From positions 180,001 to 212,000 of the forward strand of contig NZ_AP028907.1 of NCBI RefSeq assembly GCF_036323395.1: a stretch of 32,000 bases of DNA. Reading direction: 5' to 3'. The position numbers and the translations under genes were made by a program. This document shows positions 9,427 to 18,107 of the stretch, one piece after another. The DNA is from Pyrodictium abyssi (GTDB lineage Archaea > Thermoproteota > Thermoprotei_A > Sulfolobales > Pyrodictiaceae). Below the pieces are notes generated by a model. The model made no database searches and was not told the DNA's origin. It worked only from the letters and a program-made list of their open reading frames with translations. Within the stretch, counting starts at the first letter, position 1. The number at the start of each line of letters is the position of its first letter.

Positions 9427-10167
9427 CTACTTCTTGCTCCATTGCACCTTGAGCACTGCTGACAGCTTGCCATAGTTCTTTGCCCGCTCGAGGACCTCAT
9501 TGTAGAACTCTGCATAGGATCGCCTTATCTTGGCGTACCTCTCATAGATTTGGTCGCCTTCACGGAAGAGCCAGAACTGTATTTTCTTTACTTCGCTGCT
9601 ATCCCAGTAGAACTTGCCGTCCTCCCGCTGCTTTCTCATGTAGACTTTTGCCTCACTCATCCACCCTCTTCTCTCATCATAGTGGACTTTCCAGACTCTG
9701 GCCTTGTAGCGGTAGACGTAGCCATTTTGTATTATGCCACGCGGCAAGTGCTTCTCGCTCGTCATAGTCATTATCATAAATCCTGTCCAGGTTCTCATAG
9801 TCTCGATATGTCCCATGATTGCAACGGAGAATGGATCGTAGGGATAGCGCTTGACTATCTCCATCCAGGGACCGGCATCATCCCATACAATTAGCGGATA
9901 TCGTATTCCTTCTTTTAGTGCTTGATCTACCTTTTCTTGAAGCTCCATTGGCGTAAATATCAGTAGTTCAAACACCTTATCCCAGTCTTGTAGAAGCTCA
10001 TGGGCTATCTTCAGAGCTAGCGTGGACTTACCGCTCCCCAGCGGCCCCTCTATTACCAGGAGGAACGCGTTTTGTTTCACTATTCCCTCAATGCAGAACT
10101 GACGTGCAAGCTTTCGCCTAACGTTTTGGCAGATGTGCTTAATCTCCCACATATAGGGGTCCCCCAT
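9427..10167 (-). CDS. P-loop NTPase (AAA-like; similar in size and layout to the DnaA-like ATPases of small crenarchaeal viruses)
   Basis: Walker A EGPLGSGKSTLAL and Walker B PLIVWDDAG; 246 aa. The family assignment beyond P-loop NTPase is from memory and not verified. Confidence 0.85.
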   Translation of the reverse strand: MGDPYMWEIKHICQNVRRKLARQFCIEGIVKQNAFLLVIEGPLGSGKSTLALKIAHELLQDWDKVFELLIFTPMELQEKVDQALKEGIRYPLIVWDDAGPWMEIVKRYPYDPFSVAIMGHIETMRTWTGFMIMTMTSEKHLPRGIIQNGYVYRYKARVWKVHYDERRGWMSEAKVYMRKQREDGKFYWDSSEVKKIQFWLFREGDQIYERYAKIRRSYAEFYNEVLERAKNYGKLSAVLKVQWSKK

Positions 10168-10178
10168 TATAAAGAGCC

Positions 10179-10577
10179 TTACCAGTTCTCTTCCTCTACC
10201 TTCTTCACTCTGGATAGCTGTACATTCTGTAGTATTCTCCAGGCTTTGCCAGCAACGATGGAGAGAATCTCCTTGACGCCGCTACGTTTCTTGGCCCTCT
10301 TGAGTATCAGGTAGTTGTAGATGAATCTCTTTAGCGTAGGATCCGGGATTGTGTCTGCTATAGTCTTCAGCATGGCTAAAGTGCGGATTTCTTTATCCGA
10401 AAGCTCGGATAATGTTATTACTGCCTTGCCTTTGGGCATCGCTAGCATCTTGACGGCTATCCTCTGTGCACCAAAGAGGTCCTTATCCTCTTCGAAGTCG
10501 AAGTCTTCATCGATTTCTATATCGAAGTCGAGGGGGTCCTCTTCCTCTGCTCTTTCTCTCCTCTTACGGGCCGGCAT
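10179..10577 (-). CDS. Hypothetical protein with a highly acidic N-terminus
   Basis: 132 aa (EEEDPLDFDIEIDEDFDFEEDKD...). Tightly packed between the membrane protein and the ATPase genes, with 4-nt and 11-nt gaps. Confidence 0.6.
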   Translation of the reverse strand: MPARKRRERAEEEDPLDFDIEIDEDFDFEEDKDLFGAQRIAVKMLAMPKGKAVITLSELSDKEIRTLAMLKTIADTIPDPTLKRFIYNYLILKRAKKRSGVKEILSIVAGKAWRILQNVQLSRVKKVEEENW

Positions 10578-10581
10578 AGTA

Positions 10582-11208
10582 TCACCTTGCAGGCGCTATG
10601 GATACGTGATAGCCTAGCATGGGTAGGATAAAGAACTCCATGATGAACGCGAGAGTCATTCCGACAAGTAGCATCACGATCTGCTCTCCCTTCGTGGGCT
10701 GTATCTTGCCGACAAGCTTCTCTATTGTTCTGCTCGCAAAGTAGTTCTTGAGCACTATCGGGTGTATCATTGACGGTCCTATCTTCGCTTTACGAAGCTC
10801 TTGCTGTATCTCTTCGTCGTCGGGATCTTCGAATTCATAGACTATGTTTCTGTCCGCATCAACTATGATTACCGGCTCTGCTCTCCTACAATTGCTGTCT
10901 TTGCAGAATATGTAAGGCTCCATAGGCGGTAGCTTGTAGAGTCTTGTAGGAGTTATCAGTTCTCCGCTAGCTGTTAGCTTGCCTATGGTTTTCATGAGGA
11001 TCTTGCCGTTTCTTAGGAGAACAGTTACTCTATCCCCCCGTGTCCGCTGGAACGTCTTTACCCTGTTCAGAGCTGCGTATGCTAGCCGCATGGTTTGGTC
11101 TATTCTGGCAGTAGTTGCTATGAAGAGAACGAGTGCGAAGAATGCTATAGTTATGAGCACGTAGAGGATGCTAAGCAAAGCATCTTGTGGCAGACTCACC
11201 GGGCTCAT
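10582..11208 (-). CDS. Hypothetical membrane protein (N- and C-terminal TM helices)
   Basis: 208 aa. TM segments LSILYVLITIAFFALVLFIATTA and IVMLLVGMTLAFIMEFFILPMLG. First gene of the minus-strand operon. Confidence 0.6.
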   Translation of the reverse strand: MSPVSLPQDALLSILYVLITIAFFALVLFIATTARIDQTMRLAYAALNRVKTFQRTRGDRVTVLLRNGKILMKTIGKLTASGELITPTRLYKLPPMEPYIFCKDSNCRRAEPVIIVDADRNIVYEFEDPDDEEIQQELRKAKIGPSMIHPIVLKNYFASRTIEKLVGKIQPTKGEQIVMLLVGMTLAFIMEFFILPMLGYHVSIAPAR

Positions 11209-11305
11209 TATAGCTCCCGTAGCTCTATTGATCGTCCCTTACCTTTTCTTCGCCCTTTCCAGCTTTCATAAGCTGATGCTAGCTCACAGTTGCTAAGTCG
11301 AGAAT

Positions 11306-11330
11306 GTTTCCCTAAAGATCTAGGGGAGAA
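11306..11330 (+). repeat. Degenerate hairpin element H2 abutting a start codon
   Basis: GTTTCcctaaagatctaggggaGAAt, with inner CCCTA/TAGGG arms as in H16. Its 3' end overlaps the first base of the ATG at 11330. Confidence 0.5.
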
Positions 11331-12079
11331 TGCGAGCAATAGCACCCATTGTTGCTGCTGCAATACTAGCACTCATAGCTGGTGCTGGCATTACTGCCTA
11401 TGTGCTTTCTCGGCCCGCAGCTGAGGCTCCTCTCGCAGCTATAGGTACTGCGAACATTATCGCAAGCGTGGAGACCAGGTATATTGTTGAATACATGGTG
11501 TTTGCGAGCGATAAGATAGATCTTAAGGTGTACTTGAACGGAACAGATGTTGCAGACATATTCATCCTGGTACCTACCTCGAGTTCAGAGTACATGGTTG
11601 TCTATAACAAGTACGACTATCAAAGCGGTACTCTACTTGAGTTGAACTATATGAAGGAGTTCATAGTTCTAGCCTGGAGAGATGGCTATGTAGATGCGAT
11701 AATCGTGGACATGGAGAACCCGGCACCCGGAGAGGTACGCCTTCACACGACACATCATCCCGATCCTATGAGCTTGACGCAATATGTGAAGGTTACAAAG
11801 CGCTGGTGGGACATTCTCTGGGAGGGTTTTGCGGTACTATTTGAAATGATGACTGCCATGAAGTTTGTAATAGATATTGTCGTGGCTATGCTGCCCTATG
11901 CCGGAGCTATGTGGTCTGTCTGGCTTGTCTCCGCCATTTCGAAAGCGCTTAGAGACATGAGCATTGAACCTCTGATAGACTTCTTCTATAAGAACTACCA
12001 AATAGTGAGAGGGATAGTATCGGCAGTTACGCAGATAGTGCTCAAGATAATAGACTTGATAACCGGGCCGGCAACATAA
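11330..12079 (+). CDS. Hypothetical membrane protein
   Basis: 249 aa. N-terminal TM (AIAPIVAAAILALIAGAGITAYVL), a central soluble domain and C-terminal hydrophobic helices. Confidence 0.65.
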   Translation: MRAIAPIVAAAILALIAGAGITAYVLSRPAAEAPLAAIGTANIIASVETRYIVEYMVFASDKIDLKVYLNGTDVADIFILVPTSSSEYMVVYNKYDYQSGTLLELNYMKEFIVLAWRDGYVDAIIVDMENPAPGEVRLHTTHHPDPMSLTQYVKVTKRWWDILWEGFAVLFEMMTAMKFVIDIVVAMLPYAGAMWSVWLVSAISKALRDMSIEPLIDFFYKNYQIVRGIVSAVTQIVLKIIDLITGPAT

Positions 12080-12083
12080 CGTT

Positions 12084-12175
12084 ATTTCGCCTACAGGATC
12101 TCTGATGAAATCTTGCTTTCTACATGATTTCGCTATCCTCGAGAAGGAGAAACATGTCAGACTGATACTCTGACA
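12084..12175 (+). repeat. Hairpin elements H3 (12084-12111) and H4 (12127-12153), plus palindrome P2 (12155-12175)
   Basis: H3 is ATTTCgcctacaggatctctgatGAAAT. H4 is ATTTCgctatcctcgagaaggaGAAAC. P2 is TGTCAGActgatacTCTGACA (perfect). They lie between convergent genes. Confidence 0.85.
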
Positions 12176-12195
12176 GTCTCTACGAAAAGAGGATA

Positions 12196-12300
12196 TCATG
12201 TAAGGATGTCTGCCACGAGCTTTGCAAGCCTGTAGCCCAAGTAGCCGGCAAATCCGGCAGCAAATGCGTAGATAACAACTTCAAAGGGCTCTAAGCTCAA
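12196..12300 (-). CDS. Possible 34-aa hydrophobic peptide
   Basis: Hand-found. A TTG at 12300 overlaps the end of the upstream ORF (12281-12589). Translation is (M)SLEPFEVVIYAFAAGFAGYLGYRLAKLVADILT plus a stop. The only support is TM-like composition and start/stop overlap. Confidence 0.2.
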   Translation of the reverse strand: MSLEPFEVVIYAFAAGFAGYLGYRLAKLVADILT

Positions 12301-12589
12301 CCTCCCGCACCTCCTCGAGCATTTGATTCCCTACTGCGATTCCCTTCTGCCTTAGTAATTCCATTAGTTTCCTTGCTCGAGGATCGTCCTCGGGCTCAAC
12401 CCATACTACTAGCCTGTATTCCTCTGGTGGATGTTCATCTTTTTCCACAAAGAGCCAGGCTGATAGCTTTATCATAAGCTGTGGCACGTTTCTACCTCTG
12501 AAAGTTCTCTGGGCAGCTATCGTTGAGCGTCTACGGTGTATTAAGGCAGCTCTTACGGTTATAGGAGGTGTGCGTGGCGGTCCTCCCAT
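12281..12589 (-). CDS. Hypothetical protein
   Basis: 102-aa ORF with a basic N-terminus and an acidic C-terminal half. No recognisable family. Confidence 0.5.
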   Translation of the reverse strand: MGGPPRTPPITVRAALIHRRRSTIAAQRTFRGRNVPQLMIKLSAWLFVEKDEHPPEEYRLVVWVEPEDDPRARKLMELLRQKGIAVGNQMLEEVREVELRAL

Positions 12590-12683
12590 TAATGTGTCCC
12601 TTTACTCCTGTTTAGAGCCCGGTAAGCCGTGTTAAGCTTGTCGAGCTAATGTAAGCTGGTTCTAGTTCGCGGCTCAAGTATAG

Positions 12684-12995
12684 TTGTTGTTGGAGTTAGA
12701 ACGCATGGAGATGGGTATGTCTTTTATGAAACGGGTGAAGGAGAAGCTAGCTAAAGTAGGTCAAGAGTTCAAGGCACGGGCTAAAGCGATAGCAGTAGCG
12801 ACCCTAGGCATAGGGACAACTTTGCTAACTAAGGTGGCGCACGCTCAGACAACCATAGATACCAGTAGCATGACGGAGATGATATCAGCATTCCTACCGA
12901 TAATAATGAGCTTATTCGCTATAATGATTCCGCTAATGTTCTTTGGTAAGATAATGGAGTTCTTTGAGAGGCTACTACGCAGCTTTGGCGGCTAA
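12684..12995 (+). CDS. Small two-TM membrane protein (candidate virion/envelope protein)
   Basis: The likely start is one of the ATGs at 12705-12726. It has a signal-like TM (AIAVATLGIGTTLLTKVAHA). Its C-terminal anchor MTEMISAFLPIIMSLFAIMIPLMFFGKIME is paralogous to the anchor of the next gene. Confidence 0.65.
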   Translation: MLLELERMEMGMSFMKRVKEKLAKVGQEFKARAKAIAVATLGIGTTLLTKVAHAQTTIDTSSMTEMISAFLPIIMSLFAIMIPLMFFGKIMEFFERLLRSFGG

Positions 12996-13000
12996 TATCG

Positions 13001-13693
13001 GTGATAAGTATGCTAAGGCGGCTACTAGCAGTCTTTTTGGTGGCTCTTATAGCATTCAGCACCGTAGCAGCGGCGCAGACAGAGGTGCTAGTTCCCAGCG
13101 ACGTTAGCGGTCCGATGTGGTGGGACTTCAATGCACAAACGCCTACGGTGATTAAGCTACTGCCGAACCTACCAGGACCAGCGCCTAATGCAAGCGACAA
13201 CCTGCGAATCGGCTTCGTAACACAGACAAAAGAGGCCGGCGGAACATACGAGGTCATAACAATCCGCTTCAAGATAAACGGCATGATGACTGTAGGCAGT
13301 CCTAGGTATGGTGTGCCGGACCAGGAAGTGGCCCAGTGGAGTAACAATGAGACTGTAAAGGTTGTCATATTTGGCAACACTATGGAGGTATATGTAGGCA
13401 GCACTAAGGTATGGAGCTATGAGGCGAGCGAAGAGATCCCGGACATAAACTACGTGTATGCGGATAGCGCTACATTCGGAGTGCCGGCATTCGAAGGCGG
13501 CGGATACATAAAGATATACGTGGATGAGGAGGAGCTAAACTCCATCCTAATAAACTATCAAATGCGGGAAAGCATGAACGCGACAATGGAGCTCTTCACA
13601 GCGTTTATGCCGCTGTTGATGGTATTCGCAATATTCGGAATGTTTATGAAGTTCATGGGCAAGATAATGAATACGTTGGGGAGAGCATTTTGA
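13001..13693 (+). CDS. Secreted protein with a C-terminal membrane anchor
   Basis: Signal peptide LLAVFLVALIAFSTVAAAQ, a beta-rich ectodomain of about 170 aa, and the anchor TMELFTAFMPLLMVFAIFGMFMKFMGKIMN. Confidence 0.7.
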   Translation: MISMLRRLLAVFLVALIAFSTVAAAQTEVLVPSDVSGPMWWDFNAQTPTVIKLLPNLPGPAPNASDNLRIGFVTQTKEAGGTYEVITIRFKINGMMTVGSPRYGVPDQEVAQWSNNETVKVVIFGNTMEVYVGSTKVWSYEASEEIPDINYVYADSATFGVPAFEGGGYIKIYVDEEELNSILINYQMRESMNATMELFTAFMPLLMVFAIFGMFMKFMGKIMNTLGRAF

Positions 13694-14742
13694 AACCCAT
13701 AGCTCTTTTTATAGCGGTTCTTCTCCCCCTAGGCCTAATCGTTACTGCGCATGCTGAGCAGAATCCTATAGTAGCTGTCTACTTCTACGCATGGTATGGT
13801 GAGGGATTAGGAGGGAGACATTGGAACGACTCAGCTTATACGCCCATCGTGGATGAGCCGCTGATAGGCTACTATAGCAGCCTAGACCCGGACACGATCG
13901 AGTGGCAGCTAAGGCTACTCAAGCAAGCAGGCATAGACGTACTCTTCATAAGCTGGTGGGGCCCCAATAGCTACGAAGATAGAGCAGCTAGACTGGTCTT
14001 CGAGAACCTGAAGCGCTTCGACCTGAAGGCCGCTATACTGGTCGAGCCCTATCTGGGAGGAGATCCTAGCCTCTACGACTACGAGTGGTGGCTTCAAGTA
14101 CTAGATTACATAAAGAAGAACTACATAGATAAGTATCCGAGCGTCTACTTCCGCTGGGAGGGCAAGCCGCTAGTACTAGCGTACAACCCCATAGGGATGA
14201 AGTGCCGACCAAACACAGACGAGTTCACGGTGAGGATAGTCGGCAACGACATAGACAATGCTGGCTACCAGGACTGGGACCTATGGCCAGACTACCTAGC
14301 CCCATGGACCACAGACAAGCCCATAGAGCTCAGAGTACGACAGGACGGCTACGTGGCCATAGCACCACGCTTCGACGACAGGGTATTCTGCGAGCTAGGC
14401 GTAAGGACTGGCTGTGATCAAAGGCTCTTGGATCCAAATTACACGCTTCAAGCCTACGTGAAACAATGGGAGTGGATACTTCAGCATAAGGATCAAGTAA
14501 GGCTCATAGCGATTTATAGTTGGAACGAATATCACGAGCGCAGCCAGATAGAGCCTCATTACGACGCAACAAAGCCGGAGCCGCTGGTTTACGATCCCTA
14601 TGCATTAACAAGAGCATACACCGAGAAACTGCGCGGTATCGAGTATAGTAAAGAGTACAAAGCTTTAGCCCAGGGTCTAGGACAGATAATGGGTGTTGCC
14701 TTCCTTGCAGGTGCGGCTGCGCAGTTTATCCGGCGGGCTTAG
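13690..14742 (+). CDS. GH99-like glycoside hydrolase (endo-alpha-mannosidase family), secreted and C-terminally anchored
   Basis: Signal peptide, then VYFYAWYG...HWN, IGYYSSLDPDTIEWQLRLLKQAGIDVLFISWWGP, LKAAILVEPY and IAIYSWNEYHERSQIE. From memory these parallel the human MANEA motifs FYYSWYG...HWN, LGSYSSRDPSVIETHMRQMRSASIGVLALSWYPP, HIEPY and ITSFNEWHEGTQIE. The TTG start overlaps the previous stop (TTGA). Confidence 0.8.
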   Translation: MKPIALFIAVLLPLGLIVTAHAEQNPIVAVYFYAWYGEGLGGRHWNDSAYTPIVDEPLIGYYSSLDPDTIEWQLRLLKQAGIDVLFISWWGPNSYEDRAARLVFENLKRFDLKAAILVEPYLGGDPSLYDYEWWLQVLDYIKKNYIDKYPSVYFRWEGKPLVLAYNPIGMKCRPNTDEFTVRIVGNDIDNAGYQDWDLWPDYLAPWTTDKPIELRVRQDGYVAIAPRFDDRVFCELGVRTGCDQRLLDPNYTLQAYVKQWEWILQHKDQVRLIAIYSWNEYHERSQIEPHYDATKPEPLVYDPYALTRAYTEKLRGIEYSKEYKALAQGLGQIMGVAFLAGAAAQFIRRA

Positions 14743-14768
14743 TTTCTCTCCTCGATCCCTGGCGAAAC
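14742..14768 (+). repeat. Hairpin element H5
   Basis: GTTTCtctcctcgatccctggcGAAAC (27 nt). It starts at the last base of the GH99-like stop codon. Confidence 0.8.
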
Positions 14769-14803
14769 ACCTTGCAGTCTCAGCTCTGATTCTCCATGCT
14801 GCC

Positions 14804-15028
14804 ATGGGGCTCTATCTGGCTTGTTTAGCAGCCATTTACGATTCTACTAATATGGGATTTGTTCTTCTCATAGCATACCCGGTGCTTACCGTTAGTCTCT
14901 GGATAACTAAGCCACATGCAATGTTAGCCTTCATGGTTCTAATTGCAGCTTCCCTAAGCTTTCTTAAGCTGTTATGGACTCGAAGGTATCATTTCAAGTT
15001 ATTTGTAAGGCGTATTCTAGGGGGCTAA
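14804..15028 (+). CDS. Small hydrophobic membrane protein
   Basis: The track ORF 14693-15028 overlaps the GH99 gene and H5. The internal ATG at 14804 gives a 74-aa protein with 2-3 TM segments (MGLYLACLAAIYDS...). Confidence 0.45.
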   Translation: MGLYLACLAAIYDSTNMGFVLLIAYPVLTVSLWITKPHAMLAFMVLIAASLSFLKLLWTRRYHFKLFVRRILGG

Positions 15029-15895
15029 TTGGGCAAGAAGAAGAAAAAGGTCTACTTTGGCGATGATAGTATCTTCAAGGCGGTCAAGGACATAGGTAGA
15101 AAGGGGTTAAACACACGAGAGGAATTCATTGAATTAGTTGCTGCGCAAGTTCTCGACCTAGCAGATCTTAGGACTAGGAGAAATACTGGCCGGCCCGCTA
15201 AATGGACACTACAGCTCTGGAACCAACGCTGTTTTGTACTGAGAGAGTTGAATAAGAGGAAACGGTTTGGTCTGGCAGCTTTCGTAAGGAAAGCTTGCAG
15301 TCTTGGCAGGCGCATTCTGAGGTCTAAGGATAAGCTGCCTTACTACAAGCGTCTCAAGATACTTGCGAAATTCGGTATGTGGGTCTCCGAGAAGTATGGT
15401 GTCTCTCCTAGGACGCTTGCTCACATAATAAGGCGCGTGAATGAGAACGAGCGGCTTGTCCGTAAGCTTACGGAGTTCTTCTATCGGGAGCTTGGCAGGG
15501 AATTCAAGAGGCGTGGCATTTCTCCCCGTGTTGCTACTAGGCGTCTGAAGAAGCATATACGGCGTATAAGGAGCCTCTTCAACGATGAGGATAAACGTAT
15601 TGCTGCCTATCTCTGGGATATGATTCCAAAAAAGTATAGAAGCGGAGCCCGGAGGCTCTGGACTTATCTTCTAGTTCTTCACCTAGCAAGATGGATTCGC
15701 AAAAAGGCTAAGGAGTCTGGTGTTGATTGGCGCGATATTGACTGGGCAGCTGAGATCGACTGGAGACAGGGCTATTACTATGCTAAGAGCCGTGTCTTCG
15801 AGCTGTTAGGAATGCTAGGGAGTAAATACGAGGGTCTAACTGAGGAGGAGATTGAACAGATGATGGAGTACTGGGCTCAGAATGAGCGTATATGA
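15029..15895 (+). CDS. Highly basic protein with a helix-turn-helix-like segment
   Basis: 288 aa, with a TTG start immediately after the previous stop. Lys/Arg-rich; YGVSPRTLAHIIRRVN resembles an HTH. No family recognised. Confidence 0.7.
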   Translation: MGKKKKKVYFGDDSIFKAVKDIGRKGLNTREEFIELVAAQVLDLADLRTRRNTGRPAKWTLQLWNQRCFVLRELNKRKRFGLAAFVRKACSLGRRILRSKDKLPYYKRLKILAKFGMWVSEKYGVSPRTLAHIIRRVNENERLVRKLTEFFYRELGREFKRRGISPRVATRRLKKHIRRIRSLFNDEDKRIAAYLWDMIPKKYRSGARRLWTYLLVLHLARWIRKKAKESGVDWRDIDWAAEIDWRQGYYYAKSRVFELLGMLGSKYEGLTEEEIEQMMEYWAQNERI

Positions 15896-15988
15896 GCTAT
15901 CGTGAGCTTTCTTCAGCTTCACTAAGCTCTCGGAGAATCTGGCTGTGGATAGCGTATTCCGCTACCTTTTCTCCACCCGCTGAGAGCC

Positions 15989-18040
15989 ATGGTGCGTATA
16001 AGAGCCCTTCTAATACTAGCCCTCCTCCTAGTGCCCCTTGTCGGCCCAGTAATGCCGGCACACGCAGCAACAATACCGATAAGCGAAGTCGATGAAGCTA
16101 TCAGACTTGGCGTAGAAGCAGTATATCGAGCAGTAAGGCCCGTGGACACTTCATTCAGCAAGTATGTTATGCCAGACCACCCTAGCCCAACAATCTCAAT
16201 AGCGTATAATGGAAAGCTCTACGTGCCTGGCAGCTTCTTTGATCCCGGCGACTCCATCTATAAGACAGAACTCGTAAAAGTATCCAACAACATGGTAGCA
16301 TGGAGGTACTACTTCAATATAGACGACGACGATGACTACGATGTAGTAATCTATGCGGAGCTAACAAACATCGACTATAACATCGACAGGCTATACATCT
16401 ACATCGATAAGGCCGAATACAACATAGATGTCTATGTCGGCGCCTACTCCCCCTATAAGTACTTCAACGTCGGACAGGGATGGAGCACAACAATAGATAT
16501 CAACGACTGGAACAAGTACAAGTTCCACTCAGCTCGCTATGTTGCACGCCACAGCACCAGAATAGCCGCATGGCTGCTAGAGGATGAGGGAGCAAGCTAT
16601 ACTGCAAGCAAACTTCATAATCTCATGAATGGGTGTGGCTACACCTACGACGTATACGCTCCGATATTCGGGCGCAGCACCAGCTATCCCGACGACTTCT
16701 TTACTAGAGATGCTACATGGCTTGGCAACGGCTACAGCTGCCTACCATGGACTCTGAGCAAATACAGCTACTTCCTCAACTACCCCTACAAGAGCCGCAT
16801 GTACATATTCGACGCCTTTAGCAGCTATACCTATCATGCAGCCCTAAGAGCGTGGGAAGAGGCTCCACTAGCAAATCTGCTTAAGGCAATGCATCTTCTC
16901 GACAAGTATGGTGCCTCCAGAGCTAGCGAAGCTGAGCAGCTAATAGCCCAGGTAATTGAGGACGGGAAATGGGACGGCTACGGCATAAAGTACGCCTCCA
17001 TAGATGCCGGCTATGTAGCATCCGGCTACCACACCGGCCCCGAGATTCCTTATGGCTACGCGGGCTATCCCGTATACCTAAACGCAGCTCTGCTAGCTGC
17101 GCTAGTGAAATACTACCAGGTAACGGGAGACCGCTGGATAGCCGGCAACGATATACTCTACATGGCTGACAGGCTTGCCGGTATACTAGTGAAGCTTCAG
17201 TGGAAGTATGAGCACAAGACTCCATGGGGCTACGTGAGGCTAGCACTATTCCGCGGATGGTGGCCGGCGGCATACGAGATAGGCAGCCTAATCAGCAAGT
17301 CTAGCGCCTGGGGCATAATAGACACACTAACCCACACAGCCGACAACGTGGCCGGAATCCTGGCTAAAGTCGGCATAGACTTTCCCTCCGAGGCTCTGAG
17401 GCCTATGCCCAGCGAGTGGCCATTCGCAATAGTGAACAGCGAGTCTACAATACTCGCTATCCAGGCTCTGAAGCTCTACAGGCAGCTTGGCAGAGAGCCC
17501 ATAGACCCCATATCAGACGTAATAGCCGGGTTTGACGGCATCTTCGTGGAGAGTGGCGGTGGCGGGTATGCAGCGATAGGAGGCAGTCATGGCGGTGAGA
17601 CAAGCGATGACGGCCGCTGGATAGTAGCAAGCGCACTAGTTCCCGGTCTAAGCGGCGACGCATGGCATTACCAATACGCCAAGTTTAAGTTCAATCTGGA
17701 GAGCAGCGGCTACTACAAGCTGCGGATAGCGTCAATGGTCTCATATAATGGAAAAGACAGCTATGGCTCTAGCGCCTATGTCTACCTTGTCGTCAAGTTA
17801 CTGAACGCCTATGGTAATGTTGTTGCACAAGTAGAGAAGCTCGTAGACCATGTAGACGAGAACACGCTATTCAACAAGGCAAAGGCTGTAACCGTAGAGC
17901 TTGACACCGGCTACCTCACCAGCGGCACCTACTACGTCGAGATAGGGCTCAAGGTCGTGGCTGACAATAGCCCCATAAGCTGGGAGGGCGTGTGGATAAA
18001 CGGTAAGGTAGTAAACGATGAGATAGTTATAGCGCAGTAA
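15989..18040 (+). CDS. Large secreted protein (candidate virion adhesin or host-recognition protein)
   Basis: 683 aa. Signal peptide LLILALLLVPLVGPVMPAHA, an acidic run IDDDDDYDVV, Tyr/Asn-rich beta regions and a central helical region. No TM anchor. Confidence 0.8.
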   Translation: MVRIRALLILALLLVPLVGPVMPAHAATIPISEVDEAIRLGVEAVYRAVRPVDTSFSKYVMPDHPSPTISIAYNGKLYVPGSFFDPGDSIYKTELVKVSNNMVAWRYYFNIDDDDDYDVVIYAELTNIDYNIDRLYIYIDKAEYNIDVYVGAYSPYKYFNVGQGWSTTIDINDWNKYKFHSARYVARHSTRIAAWLLEDEGASYTASKLHNLMNGCGYTYDVYAPIFGRSTSYPDDFFTRDATWLGNGYSCLPWTLSKYSYFLNYPYKSRMYIFDAFSSYTYHAALRAWEEAPLANLLKAMHLLDKYGASRASEAEQLIAQVIEDGKWDGYGIKYASIDAGYVASGYHTGPEIPYGYAGYPVYLNAALLAALVKYYQVTGDRWIAGNDILYMADRLAGILVKLQWKYEHKTPWGYVRLALFRGWWPAAYEIGSLISKSSAWGIIDTLTHTADNVAGILAKVGIDFPSEALRPMPSEWPFAIVNSESTILAIQALKLYRQLGREPIDPISDVIAGFDGIFVESGGGGYAAIGGSHGGETSDDGRWIVASALVPGLSGDAWHYQYAKFKFNLESSGYYKLRIASMVSYNGKDSYGSSAYVYLVVKLLNAYGNVVAQVEKLVDHVDENTLFNKAKAVTVELDTGYLTSGTYYVEIGLKVVADNSPISWEGVWINGKVVNDEIVIAQ

Positions 18041-18058
18041 GCCCCTAGCTCTTTTTTC

Positions 18059-18107
18059 CTTTCCTCTTCTGCCTGTATGTGAAACTTGTCAGACTCTAGT
18101 TCTGACG
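18059..18107 (+). repeat. Degenerate hairpin H6 (18059-18085) plus palindrome P3 (18087-18107)
   Basis: H6 is cTTTCctcttctgcctgtatgtGAAAC. P3 is TGTCAGActctagtTCTGACg. Confidence 0.75.

Noticed and set aside
12102-12108. CTGATGA inside hairpin H3 might be a C box of another C/D sRNA. ATGATGA also occurs at 10640 and 11846 (plus strand) and at 9672-9678 (minus strand).
   Set aside because: None has a correctly spaced D', C' and D arrangement. All but the first lie inside coding sequence.
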